Below are positions 49,500 through 58,886 of a DNA stretch of 64,000 bases, one piece after another (within the stretch, counting starts at the first letter, position 1; the number at the start of each line of letters is the position of its first letter). Under the pieces are notes generated by a model. The model was not told the DNA's origin. It did no database searches and saw only the letters and a program-made list of their open reading frames with translations. This DNA is from an uncultured Porphyromonadaceae bacterium. Its GTDB lineage: Bacteria; Bacteroidota; Bacteroidia; Bacteroidales; Muribaculaceae. The stretch spans positions 3,607 through 67,606 of the forward strand of contig UQGP01000004.1 of NCBI GenBank assembly GCA_900540625.1, read 5' to 3'. Both the position numbers and the translations under genes were made by a program.

Positions 49500-51107
49500 T
49501 TATTTTTGCAGAGACAGGGGCGGACGACTGGCACCGTTGGGCGACCGTATACGCAGTTGTCGCGTCACGGTAGGCGCTATGCGTCGTGCATCCACGGGGG
49601 TGCCTATGGTCTGAGCCGGCACTTCCGGGGCGAGGATGAATACCGGGGCGGTGGTCAGTGCGGCCACGGCAGCCGTTTGCGGCGTCGTGGTGCCCGGACG
49701 GTTGTAGTCGTCTTGGAGTTTCCACCCGGGGATGACTTGCACAAAGACATCGCCGGCGTAGGCCATAGTGGTGTTGCGTCGCAGTCCTTGAGGATCGTCC
49801 ACGGGTGCTGTCCCGGTGATAATTTGGTCTATGGTATATGCTTGAAGGACGCCGGACATACGCTGCAGAAAGGCTGCGGCCTGACTGCGCATTGCGGCTA
49901 TATCCTTATTATTCTGTTTGATAAGGTCGGCGTTGAGGTACACCTGACCGTCGTGGTATCCGCTGACCCATTGCCCGGTGCCGTGTACGGCCATAAGGTA
50001 CATATTGAGCAGCGACATGGCCTTGCGCGTCGAGAAAGTGCCGTCGGGCAGTCCCCATGTTTCGTCATCGGGGCGTCGCCATTGGCGTGGCGGAAGTCCG
50101 GCCACCAGTATGACCGTGCCGCCGTTGTCTGCGGTATTGCGCTCGGCGGCCTTGAAAAGCGAGGCGAGGGCCGCATCGGCGCGCATATATGCGTCGATGG
50201 TTTCGTAGCGAGCTTCGGTGGTGCGAGTCCCGGGGTAGGGCTCGAGGGTGCACGACAGTGTCAGCATATCCGTGGACTGCCGAGTGCCCAGCTTGTATGC
50301 ACTGATATAGTCGGTGGCGAGGCGCACAATATCGGCATTGGCCAGCGGCGTAGACAGATATTGAGCAAAGCGGTCGGGGTCGTTACGCTTGAAGGTATGG
50401 CGGAATGGGTAGGCTTTGAGGTGTTCGGGCAGCATCCATGCGGCATTGCCGGAGGCCTGCACCGGAGTCCATGACATCGTATCCAGACGCGCGGCTAAGG
50501 GTGCGGTGCGGTTGGACATCGATGCGGATACGGGGAATTCCTTGTAGAATGTCGATGTGGCCCAATTGCCGGTGACGTCGTTGACAAAGACGGCGCTGTT
50601 GGCGCTGTGCCCGCCTTGGATGATGGCGCATGCGGCATCCGAAGCTATAGCGTAGACCATACCTACGCCATTGCCGGCAATCTTGACTTCGTCGGCGATG
50701 GTGGACACCTGTAATGCCGAGGGCGACAGCGTCATATCTGTATAGTTGCCCATAGTGACGCCGTCGTCGAAGACGTTGCGCGAGCGTATCTTGGCCGCAT
50801 CGTATACCGTGGCGGCCGGAATGCCGTTGGCTGCCGGAGCGGCACCCGTAAGCAGCAGTGCTGTAGCCGAGGCGGCATCCATACCCGGACCGAAGTCGGC
50901 GTCGGTGATGACGGCACCTTGGCGCAACAGACGATTGAATCCTTCGTGTCCGAAATATGGCGCAAGGTCTTGCAGCGTTTCCATGCGCAGCCCCTCGATG
51001 AATACGCCCAGCACAAGACGTGGCTGCTTGGCCCCAAGGACGACGCTCAGGGCGGTCGATACCATGGTGGCTGCTACAAAACTTAGCATTCGCGGACGTT
51101 GTGTCAT
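49500..51107 (-). CDS. Alkaline-phosphatase-superfamily protein (type I phosphodiesterase / nucleotide pyrophosphatase-like)
   Basis: The 535-aa ORF has a signal/transmembrane segment followed by a metal-site-like N-terminal core (LVLGVFIEGLRMETL). Assignment to a specific family is uncertain. An alternative start is at 51089. Confidence 0.5.
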   Translation of the reverse strand: MTQRPRMLSFVAATMVSTALSVVLGAKQPRLVLGVFIEGLRMETLQDLAPYFGHEGFNRLLRQGAVITDADFGPGMDAASATALLLTGAAPAANGIPAATVYDAAKIRSRNVFDDGVTMGNYTDMTLSPSALQVSTIADEVKIAGNGVGMVYAIASDAACAIIQGGHSANSAVFVNDVTGNWATSTFYKEFPVSASMSNRTAPLAARLDTMSWTPVQASGNAAWMLPEHLKAYPFRHTFKRNDPDRFAQYLSTPLANADIVRLATDYISAYKLGTRQSTDMLTLSCTLEPYPGTRTTEARYETIDAYMRADAALASLFKAAERNTADNGGTVILVAGLPPRQWRRPDDETWGLPDGTFSTRKAMSLLNMYLMAVHGTGQWVSGYHDGQVYLNADLIKQNNKDIAAMRSQAAAFLQRMSGVLQAYTIDQIITGTAPVDDPQGLRRNTTMAYAGDVFVQVIPGWKLQDDYNRPGTTTPQTAAVAALTTAPVFILAPEVPAQTIGTPVDARRIAPTVTRQLRIRSPNGASRPPLSLQK

Positions 51108-51110
51108 ATC

Positions 51111-52682
51111 TCAGTGGCGGTTACGTTGGGGGTGTGAGTCTCGTATTTCGTATATATAATCGGTCTCCCGTTTGCGCCATGGCCATAAGCGACGGTGCTT
51201 GCTGTTGCGCTGTTGGTTGCGCTCGTGGTATTCGGCCATTTGCTGTTTCGTGGCGCCGGCCATCGAGATGTCTCGCCATGTCCACGCAAATGTAAGTATG
51301 AAGTCGGCGGCAATCCAAGGCCAGAATGCGTCGTTGGCGGTTTGGTATATAAACAGCCACGCTATGCACATAAAGATCATGGCGACTTCGTGAAGCTCCA
51401 TGTATAAGTTCGTAAGCTTATCGCGTTTCGGCGTCCAAATTGTTATAGCGGGAATTATAGCAAATGGATTGAGCCACAATATCAGCCAGTTGGACGAAGT
51501 GGCGTAGTGCTCGGAGAAGAACACAAGGAAAGCAATGATGCAACCCACTATGGCATTTGCCCCGAAAAACAGGCAGTAAAATCCGCGCATACGACGCCAT
51601 TTGACGGCCACGGCTCGTGCCACGAAGAATGATATTGCCAGCAGCACCAGCATTGCGGCCATAGGTGTCAGATACCATGGGGTGGGGGGGAGGATGTCTC
51701 TGCATTCCTCCGGGGTATCGCGTCCTAATTCAGGATTCCAAAGAAAAGGAGGGATGCCGGGGCTACCTTCCTGCACTTGACTCCCAAACTCATCAATGTT
51801 TATGGTTCTCGACACAATCGAAATGTCATAATGGTAAGGTTCGGTTATGCCGAATTTGGCCAAATCATTTTTGGACAAGTCGGTAGCTTTGAACGTACTA
51901 CTTTCAAGTATTTTTGTCAATAGTACGGGCGCAAAGGTAAGGCCGCGCATGTTGTCAGATCCTCCGACTGGCCGGTCGATGTCATCGCCCAGCGCGAGGT
52001 CAATGCCGAACTGATACCACGGATAGTTGGCGTGGTATCGGCGCATAACGTTACGGTATGTAGTCCCGTCACCAATGTCAAAACTATATATGCCGGTACG
52101 TCCCAAATCCAATTCTTGGCCGATGGTTTTTTCGATGATTTGCAGGGGACGAGTGGCACAGTTGTCCGCGATAAAGTTGTAGCGGTAGACGCGATTCTCG
52201 GGACGCAGATTTTCTTCGACCAGAGCCATAAGGCGTTGAATCTGCTCTCGAGTGAGGTTAAGCTTTTGCAAGACGGTGGCGCGTCTTTGGCGCACATAGC
52301 TATATAAGAAAGGAGTCCAGGGCACGGCTGCAACGCTGTAGTCCGTCTCGCCTTTGACAAAGCGATATACAAAGTGCGGAGCGTTGAAATCGAACATACC
52401 CCAGGTGATGGCGGTGTCGCTATACGGTGTAACGATGCGCAGTGCCGAGTGCCCTTCGAGTTCGTATATCTGTTTGCCCGGGAGGAAGGTGGCAAGATAT
52501 ACCGTTGTGTCACATCCCTCCGTGAGGTCAAGATTGAGCGTCTGCCTTTCTTCGGCCATAGCCGTGGAAGACGCCGTTCCGCCTAACAATATGATAAGAA
52601 GCGCAAGGCCTATGACGCGGCGTGCCTGTGCGCAGAGCGTACGGACAGCATCGCGGCATATATTACGGGCCAGTGGCTGCAT
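51111..52682 (-). CDS. DUF4105-domain membrane protein (Lnb-like)
   Basis: The start is taken at MQPLARN (52682) so that it does not overlap tRNA-Cys. It has an N-terminal signal, a periplasmic domain and C-terminal polytopic membrane helices. The stop is 3 nt before the start of the downstream alkaline-phosphatase-family gene. Confidence 0.5.
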   Translation of the reverse strand: MQPLARNICRDAVRTLCAQARRVIGLALLIILLGGTASSTAMAEERQTLNLDLTEGCDTTVYLATFLPGKQIYELEGHSALRIVTPYSDTAITWGMFDFNAPHFVYRFVKGETDYSVAAVPWTPFLYSYVRQRRATVLQKLNLTREQIQRLMALVEENLRPENRVYRYNFIADNCATRPLQIIEKTIGQELDLGRTGIYSFDIGDGTTYRNVMRRYHANYPWYQFGIDLALGDDIDRPVGGSDNMRGLTFAPVLLTKILESSTFKATDLSKNDLAKFGITEPYHYDISIVSRTINIDEFGSQVQEGSPGIPPFLWNPELGRDTPEECRDILPPTPWYLTPMAAMLVLLAISFFVARAVAVKWRRMRGFYCLFFGANAIVGCIIAFLVFFSEHYATSSNWLILWLNPFAIIPAITIWTPKRDKLTNLYMELHEVAMIFMCIAWLFIYQTANDAFWPWIAADFILTFAWTWRDISMAGATKQQMAEYHERNQQRNSKHRRLWPWRKRETDYIYEIRDSHPQRNRH

Positions 52683-52745
52683 AGGGGGGAGTGCTTCGTA
52701 AAAAAAAGTAAATCCCGCCGTACGACAGCGGGATTCATCATTTGT

Positions 52746-52816
52746 GAGGTACCTAGCAGAATCGAACTGCTGTAAACGGTTTTGCAGACCGGTGCCTAAC
52801 CACTCGGCCAAGGTAC
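52746..52816 (-). tRNA. tRNA-Cys (anticodon GCA)
   Basis: The minus-strand sequence is GGTACCTTGGCCGAGTGGTTAGGCACCGGTCTGCAAAACCGTTTACAGCAGTTCGATTCTGCTAGGTACCT. The acceptor ggtacct/aggtacc is perfect, the T-arm is agcag-ttcgatt-ctgct, and the anticodon loop is CTGCAAA. Confidence 0.8.
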
Positions 52817-53040
52817 CATGCTCGTGCGGTTTGCGAGTGCAAAGTTAAGCACTTTTTGCGACATACACAACATCTGCACAAAAAAACTTTTTGACGAAAG
52901 CACGAAAAACGGCCGAAAAGTATCCCGACAGCAAAAAAATTAGTATTTTTGTGGTCTGATAAATCCCCGGCGAGGTGGTATATGCCCCATACCGGGCACT
53001 TAAAACGAAAGAAATATATAAATCCAATACTATCGGCTAT

Positions 53041-54831
53041 ATGAAAACAGAGATAGCGCAACGGCTTGCAGTCCTTCGCGGACTTATGGCCAAGGCCGGC
53101 GTCGATGCCGCCATTATCAATAAGACAGACCCCCATCAGAGCGAATATATTGGCGCACATTGGGCTTTTTTGCGTCGCATCAGCGGCTTTACAGGCAGTG
53201 CCGCCACCATGGTAGTCACTGCGGATAAGGCATTGCTGTGGACCGATTCGCGATACTTTATACAGGCGGCGCAGCAGCTTGACGGCACCGAAATCCTGCT
53301 AATGAAGGAGGGCCTTCCCGAAACTCCGGACATCCTGACGTGGCTGACGCACAACCTGCATCAAGGCAACACTGTAGGCGTGGACGGAATGTTGTTCAGC
53401 CGTACCGAGGCCGACAGCCTGGCTGCAACCCTCGGCGCTCGCGGCATCGAACTCAAGACAGACTTCGACCCTATAGCCGACACGTGGCCCGATCGTCCCG
53501 CGCTGCCCCAGGACAAGGTCTTCGTACACGACATCCGGTATGCCGGTCAGAGTGCTGCCGACAAAATTGCCGCTTTACTGACTGCGGCTGCCGACCTCGG
53601 CGCAGACGCTATATTCACCAGCGCTCTTGACGAAATTGTATGGACGCTGAACATTCGTGCACACGATGTGCCGTACACTACCGTGGTCACGTCCTTCTTG
53701 TATCTGTCACCCAAGGGCAACACCTTGTTCATAGACGGGCATAAATTGGATGAGGCCGTTCGTGCCCACCTCGCCGTGGCCGGGGTTGCCGTGGCCGGAT
53801 ACGGAGATGTACTGTCTTTCATTGCGGCATTACCGGCAGATATTCGTGTGCTTGCCCAGCCGGACAAGAATGCCGTAGCAGTCACTAATGCCCTTGGCGC
53901 GCGTGCCGTATTGGCTACTTCGCCGGCCGGAATGCTCAAGGCCGTTAAGAATAAAGTACAATTGGCCGGCGTGCGTGCCGCTATGGAGCGCGATGGCGTA
54001 GCACTTGTTTCGGCCCTTATGGAAATCGAAAGACATATAGACAATGACCTGCCCCTGACCGAATTGGACGTTGTACGCATCTTCCGCCAAGCACGTCAGG
54101 CTCAGCCGTTGTTTTTTGACGAAAGCTTCGGTACTATTGCCGGCTACGGTGCGCATGGAGCTATCGTGCACTACGACCCCACCGAGGAGTCTAATGCGGA
54201 GATACATCGCGGCAGTCTGCTGCTGATAGACAGCGGCGCTCAATATCTTGACGGCACCACGGACATCACGCGCACAATCGCCATAGGCGAGAGCACAGCC
54301 GAACAGCGCCACGACTTCACCCTGGTGATGAAAGGCCATATCGCTTTGGCTACCGCCGTATTCCCGCAAGGAACTGTGGGTATGCAACTTGACATACTTG
54401 CACGGCAATTTCTGTGGAAACAGGGCCTGACCTATCTGCACGGCACCGGACACGGCGTGGGCCACTTCCTCAACGTGCACGAAGGGCCGCAGAGCATTCG
54501 TCTCAATTATGTGCCGGCGCCGATGACTCCGGGTATGATTACATCCAATGAGCCCGGACTTTACCGCGAGAATGTCCATGGCATACGTTGCGAAAACCTT
54601 GAGCTGACCACCGAGGCTATGACTACCGAGTTCGGCAAGTTCTATCGCTTCGAAACGCTGACACTATGTCCCTTCGACCTATCGCTGTTTGATGTGGACA
54701 TGATGACAGATGCCGAGATCGAATGGGTCAACGACTACCACCGCATGGTACGTTCGCGCCTTACTCCGATGCTGAACAGCGTTCAGCGCACTTGGCTCGA
54801 AAAGAAAACCCGGCCGCTAACGCGCAACTAA
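53041..54831 (+). CDS. pepP: Xaa-Pro aminopeptidase (M24B family)
   Basis: The start MKTEIAQRLAVLRGLM is at 53041. It has a creatinase-like N-terminus and M24 pita-bread metal ligands in the C-terminal region (HGTGHGVGHFLNVHEGP). Confidence 0.8.
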   Translation: MKTEIAQRLAVLRGLMAKAGVDAAIINKTDPHQSEYIGAHWAFLRRISGFTGSAATMVVTADKALLWTDSRYFIQAAQQLDGTEILLMKEGLPETPDILTWLTHNLHQGNTVGVDGMLFSRTEADSLAATLGARGIELKTDFDPIADTWPDRPALPQDKVFVHDIRYAGQSAADKIAALLTAAADLGADAIFTSALDEIVWTLNIRAHDVPYTTVVTSFLYLSPKGNTLFIDGHKLDEAVRAHLAVAGVAVAGYGDVLSFIAALPADIRVLAQPDKNAVAVTNALGARAVLATSPAGMLKAVKNKVQLAGVRAAMERDGVALVSALMEIERHIDNDLPLTELDVVRIFRQARQAQPLFFDESFGTIAGYGAHGAIVHYDPTEESNAEIHRGSLLLIDSGAQYLDGTTDITRTIAIGESTAEQRHDFTLVMKGHIALATAVFPQGTVGMQLDILARQFLWKQGLTYLHGTGHGVGHFLNVHEGPQSIRLNYVPAPMTPGMITSNEPGLYRENVHGIRCENLELTTEAMTTEFGKFYRFETLTLCPFDLSLFDVDMMTDAEIEWVNDYHRMVRSRLTPMLNSVQRTWLEKKTRPLTRN

Positions 54832-54868
54832 TCATTCCGATGTAACCTATCAAAATAGATATATAGCA

Positions 54869-55411
54869 ATGGCATTAATCATTCCACTGCGCGGACACAC
54901 TCCGGTGATAGGCGCAGACACATTTCTGGCCGAGAACGCCACCATCATCGGCGATGTCACTATGGGCGAAAAATGCAGCGTATGGTTTGGCACGGTCCTG
55001 CGCGGCGATGTCAATACCATCACCATCGGCGACCGCGTCAATATTCAAGACGGCAGCGTACTGCACACGCTTTTCCGCAAATCCACCATCACCATCGGCA
55101 ACGACGTTTCCATAGGACATAACGTCACCATACACGGCGCGGATATACACGACCTCGCCTTGGTAGGCATGGGCGCCGTGGTCATGGATAACGCCGTAGT
55201 GGGCGAGGGGGCTATCGTTGCCGCCGGCGCCGTGGTCCTGTCCAATACCAAGATAGGTCCGTACGAACTGTGGGCCGGCGCTCCGGCAAAGTATATCAAA
55301 AAGGTAGACCCCGAACAAAGCCGCGAAATCAACCAGAAAATCGCGCATAATTATCTGATGTACTCCCGCTGGTACACCCATCCCAACGAGCCTAATCCAT
55401 TAGACGACTGA
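54869..55411 (+). CDS. Gamma-class carbonic anhydrase-like hexapeptide-repeat protein
   Basis: The 180-aa ORF has a left-handed beta-helix pattern (IGDVTMGEKCSVWFGTVLRGDVNTITIGDRVNIQDGSVLH). Confidence 0.75.
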   Translation: MALIIPLRGHTPVIGADTFLAENATIIGDVTMGEKCSVWFGTVLRGDVNTITIGDRVNIQDGSVLHTLFRKSTITIGNDVSIGHNVTIHGADIHDLALVGMGAVVMDNAVVGEGAIVAAGAVVLSNTKIGPYELWAGAPAKYIKKVDPEQSREINQKIAHNYLMYSRWYTHPNEPNPLDD

Positions 55412-55684
55412 AAAAAAAGAATAGGGGAATGTATAAGCGTCCGGACATATAGGCATAGACAGCCGATGTCCGGACGTATATTTTGAGCGTGTATGCCGAT
55501 ACGTGCAGTGGCTTGGGGCTTATCGGAGGTGGCTTGTGATGAGGGTTCACTATTTTTTGGTATATAAAGATCTTCTTAGATCCTAAAAATCCTTAAAATC
55601 GGGTATGTTGTACTTTCTGCGGCCATTGTACCTTTGCATCGGCTTGCCGGATGATGAGATGCAGGCTTCAGGTTATAAATATAT

Positions 55685-56656
55685 ATGGCAGACACACACC
55701 AATCATTCAAAGCGTCGAATCGCATACGAGACATTATAGATGATGATACGCGGATGTTGCGCGTACTCAGTTGTTTTGATATACCGTTTGGTACCGGTGG
55801 CAGTACTATTGCCGAGATTTGCGATGCATACGGCATCGATTCAACGACTTTCTTGGCTGTATCCAATATCGTAACCGAGCGAGAGGACGACACCGATGGT
55901 GAGGTATCACTGCCGATACTTTTGTCTTATCTGCGAAATTCACATTCGTTTATCTCCGACTTTATGCTTTCCGAAATAAAGGAGTTGCTTATCAGAGGGT
56001 TGCACCGGTCGGAAATGAATAATGCTGCGCTGCTGGTTCTCAGGTTCTTCGATGAATATATGACCGAAGTGCATAATCATATAAAATATGAGGAAACACG
56101 ACTATTCGGATATGTCGAGAGTTTGGTCGCAGGAGCGCTTGTCTCCGGCTTTAATATACGGGACTTTGCATCGAAGCATGGTAGTATGACGTTGAAATTG
56201 CGCGAGCTGAAGAATCTTTTCGTACAGCATTGCCGTATGCTTAATACTCCGGTGCTCAGTCAGGCTCTTACGGATATATATGTCTGTGGCCATAATATGG
56301 AGCGCCATTGTGAGGTTGAGGAAAAGTTGTTAATTCCTGCGGCTGAGCGTCTTGAAAAGCGATTGCGTGAACATACAAAAGACTGTGTTGTACCCGAAGT
56401 CGATGATTGCCGAGTATCTGTGTCTGATGATGAAGATCTATTATCTCCTCGCGAACGCGATATTGTACGCCTTGTTTCTTGTGGATTATCTAATAAGGAG
56501 ATAGCCGACCGCTTGCGCCTATCGTTTCATACCGTCACTACCTATCGCCGCAATCTCAGTTCCAAACTCAACATCCATTCATCGGCAGGCTTGACCATTT
56601 ACGCCATCTTGCATCATATTATCGAATTGAAGGATGTCGAGTCGGTACAAGGTTAG
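55685..56656 (+). CDS. LuxR-family HTH transcriptional regulator with an N-terminal hemerythrin-like (HHE) domain
   Basis: The C-terminus is LSPRERDIVRLVSCGLSNKEIADRLRLSFHTVTTYRRNLSSKL (LuxR HTH). The N-terminal part has H..xxxE motifs (VHNHIKYEETRLF; HNMERHCEVEE). Confidence 0.65.
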   Translation: MADTHQSFKASNRIRDIIDDDTRMLRVLSCFDIPFGTGGSTIAEICDAYGIDSTTFLAVSNIVTEREDDTDGEVSLPILLSYLRNSHSFISDFMLSEIKELLIRGLHRSEMNNAALLVLRFFDEYMTEVHNHIKYEETRLFGYVESLVAGALVSGFNIRDFASKHGSMTLKLRELKNLFVQHCRMLNTPVLSQALTDIYVCGHNMERHCEVEEKLLIPAAERLEKRLREHTKDCVVPEVDDCRVSVSDDEDLLSPRERDIVRLVSCGLSNKEIADRLRLSFHTVTTYRRNLSSKLNIHSSAGLTIYAILHHIIELKDVESVQG

Positions 56657-56750
56657 GCCTCGGACGCGACCGTACAAAATAACGGCGGCGACATTGCGAA
56701 AGATACGCAGTGTTGCCACCGTTTTTTTTGTGGATGCACATCGGTTGCGG

Positions 56751-58877
56751 CTATGCGTATCCGTGTAGCCCGCCAAGTATGAAGTTGACACCGAAATACG
56801 TGATTATGACGCTGATAAAAGCGACGACCATGTATATATGGTAGGCACGCGGACGTGTCAGAGCCGGCAGTAGTGTCGGGTGTGCCGGCAGGGCATATAC
56901 AATCATTGTAATCAACGCCCATACCTCCTTGGGATCCCATCCCCAATATCGTCCCCAAGAGACATTGGCCCAGACGGCTCCGATAAACATACCGATAGTC
57001 AATAATGTCAATGCCGGGTACAGCATCACGCGGCTGATGTCGGCAAGCCGTGTCGCATCATTGCTCCGTATCAGGGATGTCACGCCCGTCAGAGCCATAA
57101 GCATAAACAGCGCATACGACAGCATCACCATTGCAACGTGCACTGACAGTAGCGGCGAATTGAGCACCGGCATCAATCCGGTGACTGATGCTCCGGCGCC
57201 GCTCATAGAGGCGACACACATTGCCAATCCGGCGGCCAGTATACCCATAGGCAATAGTACCGAGGTGCGACTAAACACTATAGTGACTGTGGTCAGACAC
57301 CAAGCCAGGAATTGCATCGTTTCGTAACCGTTTGACATTGGTATATGGTCGCAGATGACCCAGCGCAGTGCAATCATTATGGTCAACCAAAGCCACAGCA
57401 ACGCCGCCGATGAAAAGCCTAATCGTTTCAGAAGATGTGGCTTTATACGGCCTGCCGCCATCATGATGTACAATAGTACGCCTATAATGACCGCCACAAC
57501 GGCAGGAGTATGTCCGGCGGCCAATTTGGCGTAAGTCCGTTCCATCGATAGACGTTCCGGTGACGGAAGCATTCCGGCGGTTTCGTGACGTTGATAACGA
57601 CCTATGGCCTCCAAGATTTGACATTGTGTAGCGCCGTCGTTGCATAGAATTTGTTCGTTGAGCAGGCCCAGCGCTTTGCGTACAAACATCCATTTGTCTC
57701 CGTCCATATCTGCCGGCAGACGGTCCGTGGGCGCGTACCACGTCACTATGCCGGAGCTGTCGCGCATGGGAAACACTTTCAATAATTCGCCGCTTACAGC
57801 CATATTGACTGCCTCAAAGCGGTCAATGTCGGCGCGTTTGCGGCTGTCGCTCGGATGCTCGGCGTCTATGCGCCCCGATGTCACTGCTTTGAAGAAATCA
57901 TAATAAGACACATGCTCATTGCAGTTGAGAATTCGACATAGTTCTTTGTCTTTGACCCGTATAATCGGCTGAGATTTCCAATGGCCGAAATCAAAAATGA
58001 AACCGGCGAAAACTTCTTCGGCGGAGTATCCATCAAAAGACGAGGCTCCGCCTGTAATTGTTGCGGTGAAATCACGGGCCAATACAGATACCGGACAAAT
58101 TCGGTCGTTGTGATATACAGCGAGGGTGTTGAACGCTTCTGACGCTTTGGGCGATAGTTCGGCTTTAGCGCTGATGGAGAAAAACAGAATTATAGCCGCT
58201 GTAGCCGATAGTCGGCGTATGGCGGCACGCCACTGCGAATGGCGGCCGAAGAAGTAGACGATGAGCGCTACGGCCAGTAGGATGTATCCGGCAAACGTCA
58301 ACGACAATCCTGCCGGGTCGTGGTTGACGCTTAGTGTCACGCCGCCACCATCAGCATCGTAACTTGCCGGAAGTATTGCGCAGCCATCGATGTGCCCCGG
58401 GCTGTTAAGCGAGGCTGTGACGACTGAGCCGGTATTGTCCGTCAGGGCGCATACAAAGTCTTTGGGAGTACTTGTCCCAGGATATGTCTCGATGTCAAAG
58501 TCGTTTAGTGCGATATAAGAGGGCAATGGTATGGCATCGCCTTGTGCCGTTATGATGCTGTTGGTGTGTTCGCCTATGCGAAGGTGCACCGTACCTTCCT
58601 TGCCGGTGAAATGTGTCACCAGGGCGCCGGCCAGTATGAGTATGAAGGCCAAATGTATTGTCAGTACGAACGGACGGCGCCAAAGTCGTGTGGCATAGAT
58701 GACGGTGATTGCAGCGGCGACAAGAAGGCCCCACAGCGTCATCATCGGCCAAGACGAATATAGGGTCGCGGACCATCCGCAGGCCACGCCCGCCGACAGC
58801 GCTGCCATCGTGGCGGCGAGTACGGCGAGCGTGCCGATGGATAGTGTTCGCGCAATACGGAAACTTTTGGATGTCAT
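56751..58877 (-). CDS. ccsBA: Cytochrome c biogenesis protein CcsBA (ResB-CcsA fusion, system II)
   Basis: The 708-aa ORF is polytopic. A ResB-like N-terminal half is followed by a CcsA half with the Trp-rich WWD region (WANVSWGRYWGWDPKEVWAL) and conserved His residues. Confidence 0.8.
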   Translation of the reverse strand: MTSKSFRIARTLSIGTLAVLAATMAALSAGVACGWSATLYSSWPMMTLWGLLVAAAITVIYATRLWRRPFVLTIHLAFILILAGALVTHFTGKEGTVHLRIGEHTNSIITAQGDAIPLPSYIALNDFDIETYPGTSTPKDFVCALTDNTGSVVTASLNSPGHIDGCAILPASYDADGGGVTLSVNHDPAGLSLTFAGYILLAVALIVYFFGRHSQWRAAIRRLSATAAIILFFSISAKAELSPKASEAFNTLAVYHNDRICPVSVLARDFTATITGGASSFDGYSAEEVFAGFIFDFGHWKSQPIIRVKDKELCRILNCNEHVSYYDFFKAVTSGRIDAEHPSDSRKRADIDRFEAVNMAVSGELLKVFPMRDSSGIVTWYAPTDRLPADMDGDKWMFVRKALGLLNEQILCNDGATQCQILEAIGRYQRHETAGMLPSPERLSMERTYAKLAAGHTPAVVAVIIGVLLYIMMAAGRIKPHLLKRLGFSSAALLWLWLTIMIALRWVICDHIPMSNGYETMQFLAWCLTTVTIVFSRTSVLLPMGILAAGLAMCVASMSGAGASVTGLMPVLNSPLLSVHVAMVMLSYALFMLMALTGVTSLIRSNDATRLADISRVMLYPALTLLTIGMFIGAVWANVSWGRYWGWDPKEVWALITMIVYALPAHPTLLPALTRPRAYHIYMVVAFISVIITYFGVNFILGGLHGYA

Positions 58878-58886
58878 TGCATTGCG

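Noticed and set aside
51111-52811. Full 566-aa ORF as listed
   Set aside because: Its first 43 codons overlap tRNA-Cys (52746-52816) on the same strand, so the start was moved to MQPL at 52682.
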